The position numbers and the translations under genes were made by a program. Below are positions 62,259 through 64,000 of a stretch of DNA of 64,000 nucleotides, piece after piece; positions within the stretch are counted from its first letter, which is position 1; the number at the start of each line of letters is the position of its first letter. The notes under the pieces were generated by a model. That model did not search any database. It was not told the DNA's origin and saw only the letters and a program-made list of their open reading frames with translations. The stretch is from Lama guanicoe (Eukaryota): NCBI GenBank assembly GCA_013239625.1, contig MU056703.1, forward strand, positions 919,185 to 983,184. The letters run 5' to 3'.

Positions 62259-62900
62259 TGCGTGTTCGTCGTCTGTCACTGCACAGCAAAGCCCCCAGCC
62301 CCCGTGGCTTAAAGCAAGGCTGGATCAGCTCTCGGTTCCCCTCATCAGAAGGCCTGCTTGGGGTCTCTCAAGGCCGAAGTCTAAGTGTCGGCCCTGCTGA
62401 CTCCTGCGCGGAGGCTTTGGGAAAAGCTTCCTTCCTGCACATTTGTTGTGGGCAGTGACAGTTAATTTCACGTGTGGACTTGGCTGCACCACTCTGTCCG
62501 GGCACCTGGTCCAATATTCTTCAGAGAGTTTCTGCGAGGGTGTTTTAGGGGGAGACGCTGAGTGACAGATGGCCCTCCACTGTGGTGGGCCTCGCCCAAG
62601 CAGGGGAAGGCCTGAGTAGCACAAAGGCTGACTTCTGACCTCCCCTGAGCATTGGCTCCCTGGGACTGCAGCCTGCCTGCCCTCCCTCTATGCACACACA
62701 TCCCATTGGTGGGTCCTCTGGAGAACCCTGACTTCTTATGGGCAGAACCCTCTTCCTTGTAGATCTGAGGTCCTCGGTTGCATCCTGACTGCAGCCCAGG
62801 GGTCACTCTCTCCCCTAGAGGTTGACCACATTCCTCATCTTCAAAGCCAGGAATGAGCTCGAGTCCTGGGGAACGGCCTCCAAGAAGGAGCGGTGGGTGG
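62259..62900 (-). mobile_element. MaLR LTR (MLT1E/F-like), interrupted by MLT2
   Basis: GTGGCTTAAAGCAA...CAAGGCCGAAGTCTAAGTGTCGGCC...GGAGGCTTTGGGAAAAG...TTGTTGTGGGC | TGGGCAGAACCCTCTTCCTTG...CTGAGGTCCTC...CATCTTCAAAGCCAG. Confidence 0.75.
62454..62738 (+). mobile_element. MLT2 (ERVL) solo LTR, internally deleted, nested in MLT1
   Basis: AGTGACAGTTAATTTCACGTGTGGACTTGGCTG...GTTTCTGCGAGGGTGTTTT...CAGATGGCCCTCCAC...GTGGGCCTC...GAAGGCCTGAGTAG...CTCTGGAGAACCCTGAC; flanked by the direct repeat TGGGC (62449-62453 and 62739-62743). Confidence 0.85.
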
Positions 62901-64000
62901 TGCACCCAGCTGGGAATGCACCCACCGTGCCCAGAGTCACTGCCAGCCTCCCTGGGTGGCCAGGTGGCTGCCTTCCTGATGCTCCAGAGAGTGGACGGGC
63001 TCGACTGACAGGTTCCAAGCTGCCAAAAGCTCCAAAAGTTCTGCCAGGGCCAGAGTGGGTGCAGAGCATCAGCTGTCTCCCGCGGCCCTTCCTGGCTGGC
63101 GTCACTATTCAAGCAGGGGCCAGGAATTCGTCATGGTTGGGCCATTTTCCCCCAAAAGCGTCGTCTTGCCTCAGGCCCCCCGGGGGTTCTGTTTCTGCTG
63201 ACTTCACTGAACGAGGCCCCGAGGTCAGCGGGTGCTGGTCGTTGGCCCTCTCACTGCAACACGGATATTCTGGCAAATTCCCTGGATGGAGAGCGGAAGC
63301 TCCACGTTCCTAAAGGAAAGAAAACCAGCCATGAACAGGCAACATTTGAAGTCGTAGACAGTTCTTCAACTGATGCTTTAAAATGGAAAAGCTATAAAAA
63401 CACATCTTTAAGATAAAGATAAGATAAATTGTTACATAAAAAATAACAGTGCATTTTTACCTGCAATTTCACTGTAAGCCGTAATGAGTTACGGTTCCCC
63501 CGGGTCGTGAGTCAGCAGTCACCAACGGGGAGGAAAAGCAGGTGCATTTGTGTGTCTGTGCACGTCCCTGCGTCTGTGAGTGAGTGTGTGACTGCATGCA
63601 GCTGCTGGGACAGAATGTCAGCCCCCCTGCGTGGCACCGCTCCGAGGCGTCACACGGGTCCTCTGCTGCTGTCCAGCCTGTCGTGGGTTCCTTCCTGGGT
63701 GAAAGGCTGTCATCATGCAGCGGCCTCCGAGGCATCTCAGAAATGAGTTTCATTTCGCCACAGACTCCCCGGGGACCAGAGAGCTGCTGAAGTCACACTG
63801 GGGGCGCAGCTGCCCACACGAGGCCGCTTCCCAGCCTCTCTCGCAGGCTGACCTCTGCCAACTGCCAGCCGGTCTCAGTGCTTCCGAAAGGGGGTGGTTT
63901 TCCAAGACGAGGACCAAGGACAGGAGCGTAGACCCAGGAAGCGCTTTGGAAGCAGAAGCATTTTCCCTGAGCATCATTTGGGGTTTGGGTCCCCAGTTCC

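Noticed and set aside
784-63313. Other ORFs of 150-215 aa (e.g. 784-1407, 10021-10620, 20213-20842, 45250-45882, 62468-63112)
   Set aside because: Pro/Gly/Arg/Ala-rich, overlapping on both strands, and often crossing repeats; expected from stop-codon scarcity in GC-rich DNA, with no recognisable homology.

Overview
Mammalian genomic DNA, most likely camelid (camel/alpaca/llama), judged from one Vic-1-type tRNA-derived SINE at ~31.7-31.8 kb. The window is GC- and CpG-rich and looks like a gene desert or very large intron. I found no credible host protein-coding exon, RNA gene or CRISPR array, and nearly all ORF-track entries are chance ORFs of GC-rich DNA. The recognisable protein homologies are fossils: a frameshifted ERV1 (gamma-like) pol remnant (RNase H plus integrase) on the minus strand at ~53.2-54.6 kb, and L1 ORF1/ORF2 scraps. 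The rest is old eutherian repeats (L1M, L2, MIR, MaLR, MLT2, ERV1 LTRs, MER5, MER96B), micro/minisatellites and several AT-rich, homeodomain/POU/SOX-motif-rich unique islands that look like conserved enhancers. The strongest cross-cutting signal is that several repeats, including the young SINE, carry heavily A/T->G/C-biased substitutions plus internal deletions, as expected from strong, patchy GC-biased gene conversion. I found no evidence for a novel biological system. Repeat family names come from remembered consensus sequences, not a search, and their boundaries are approximate.
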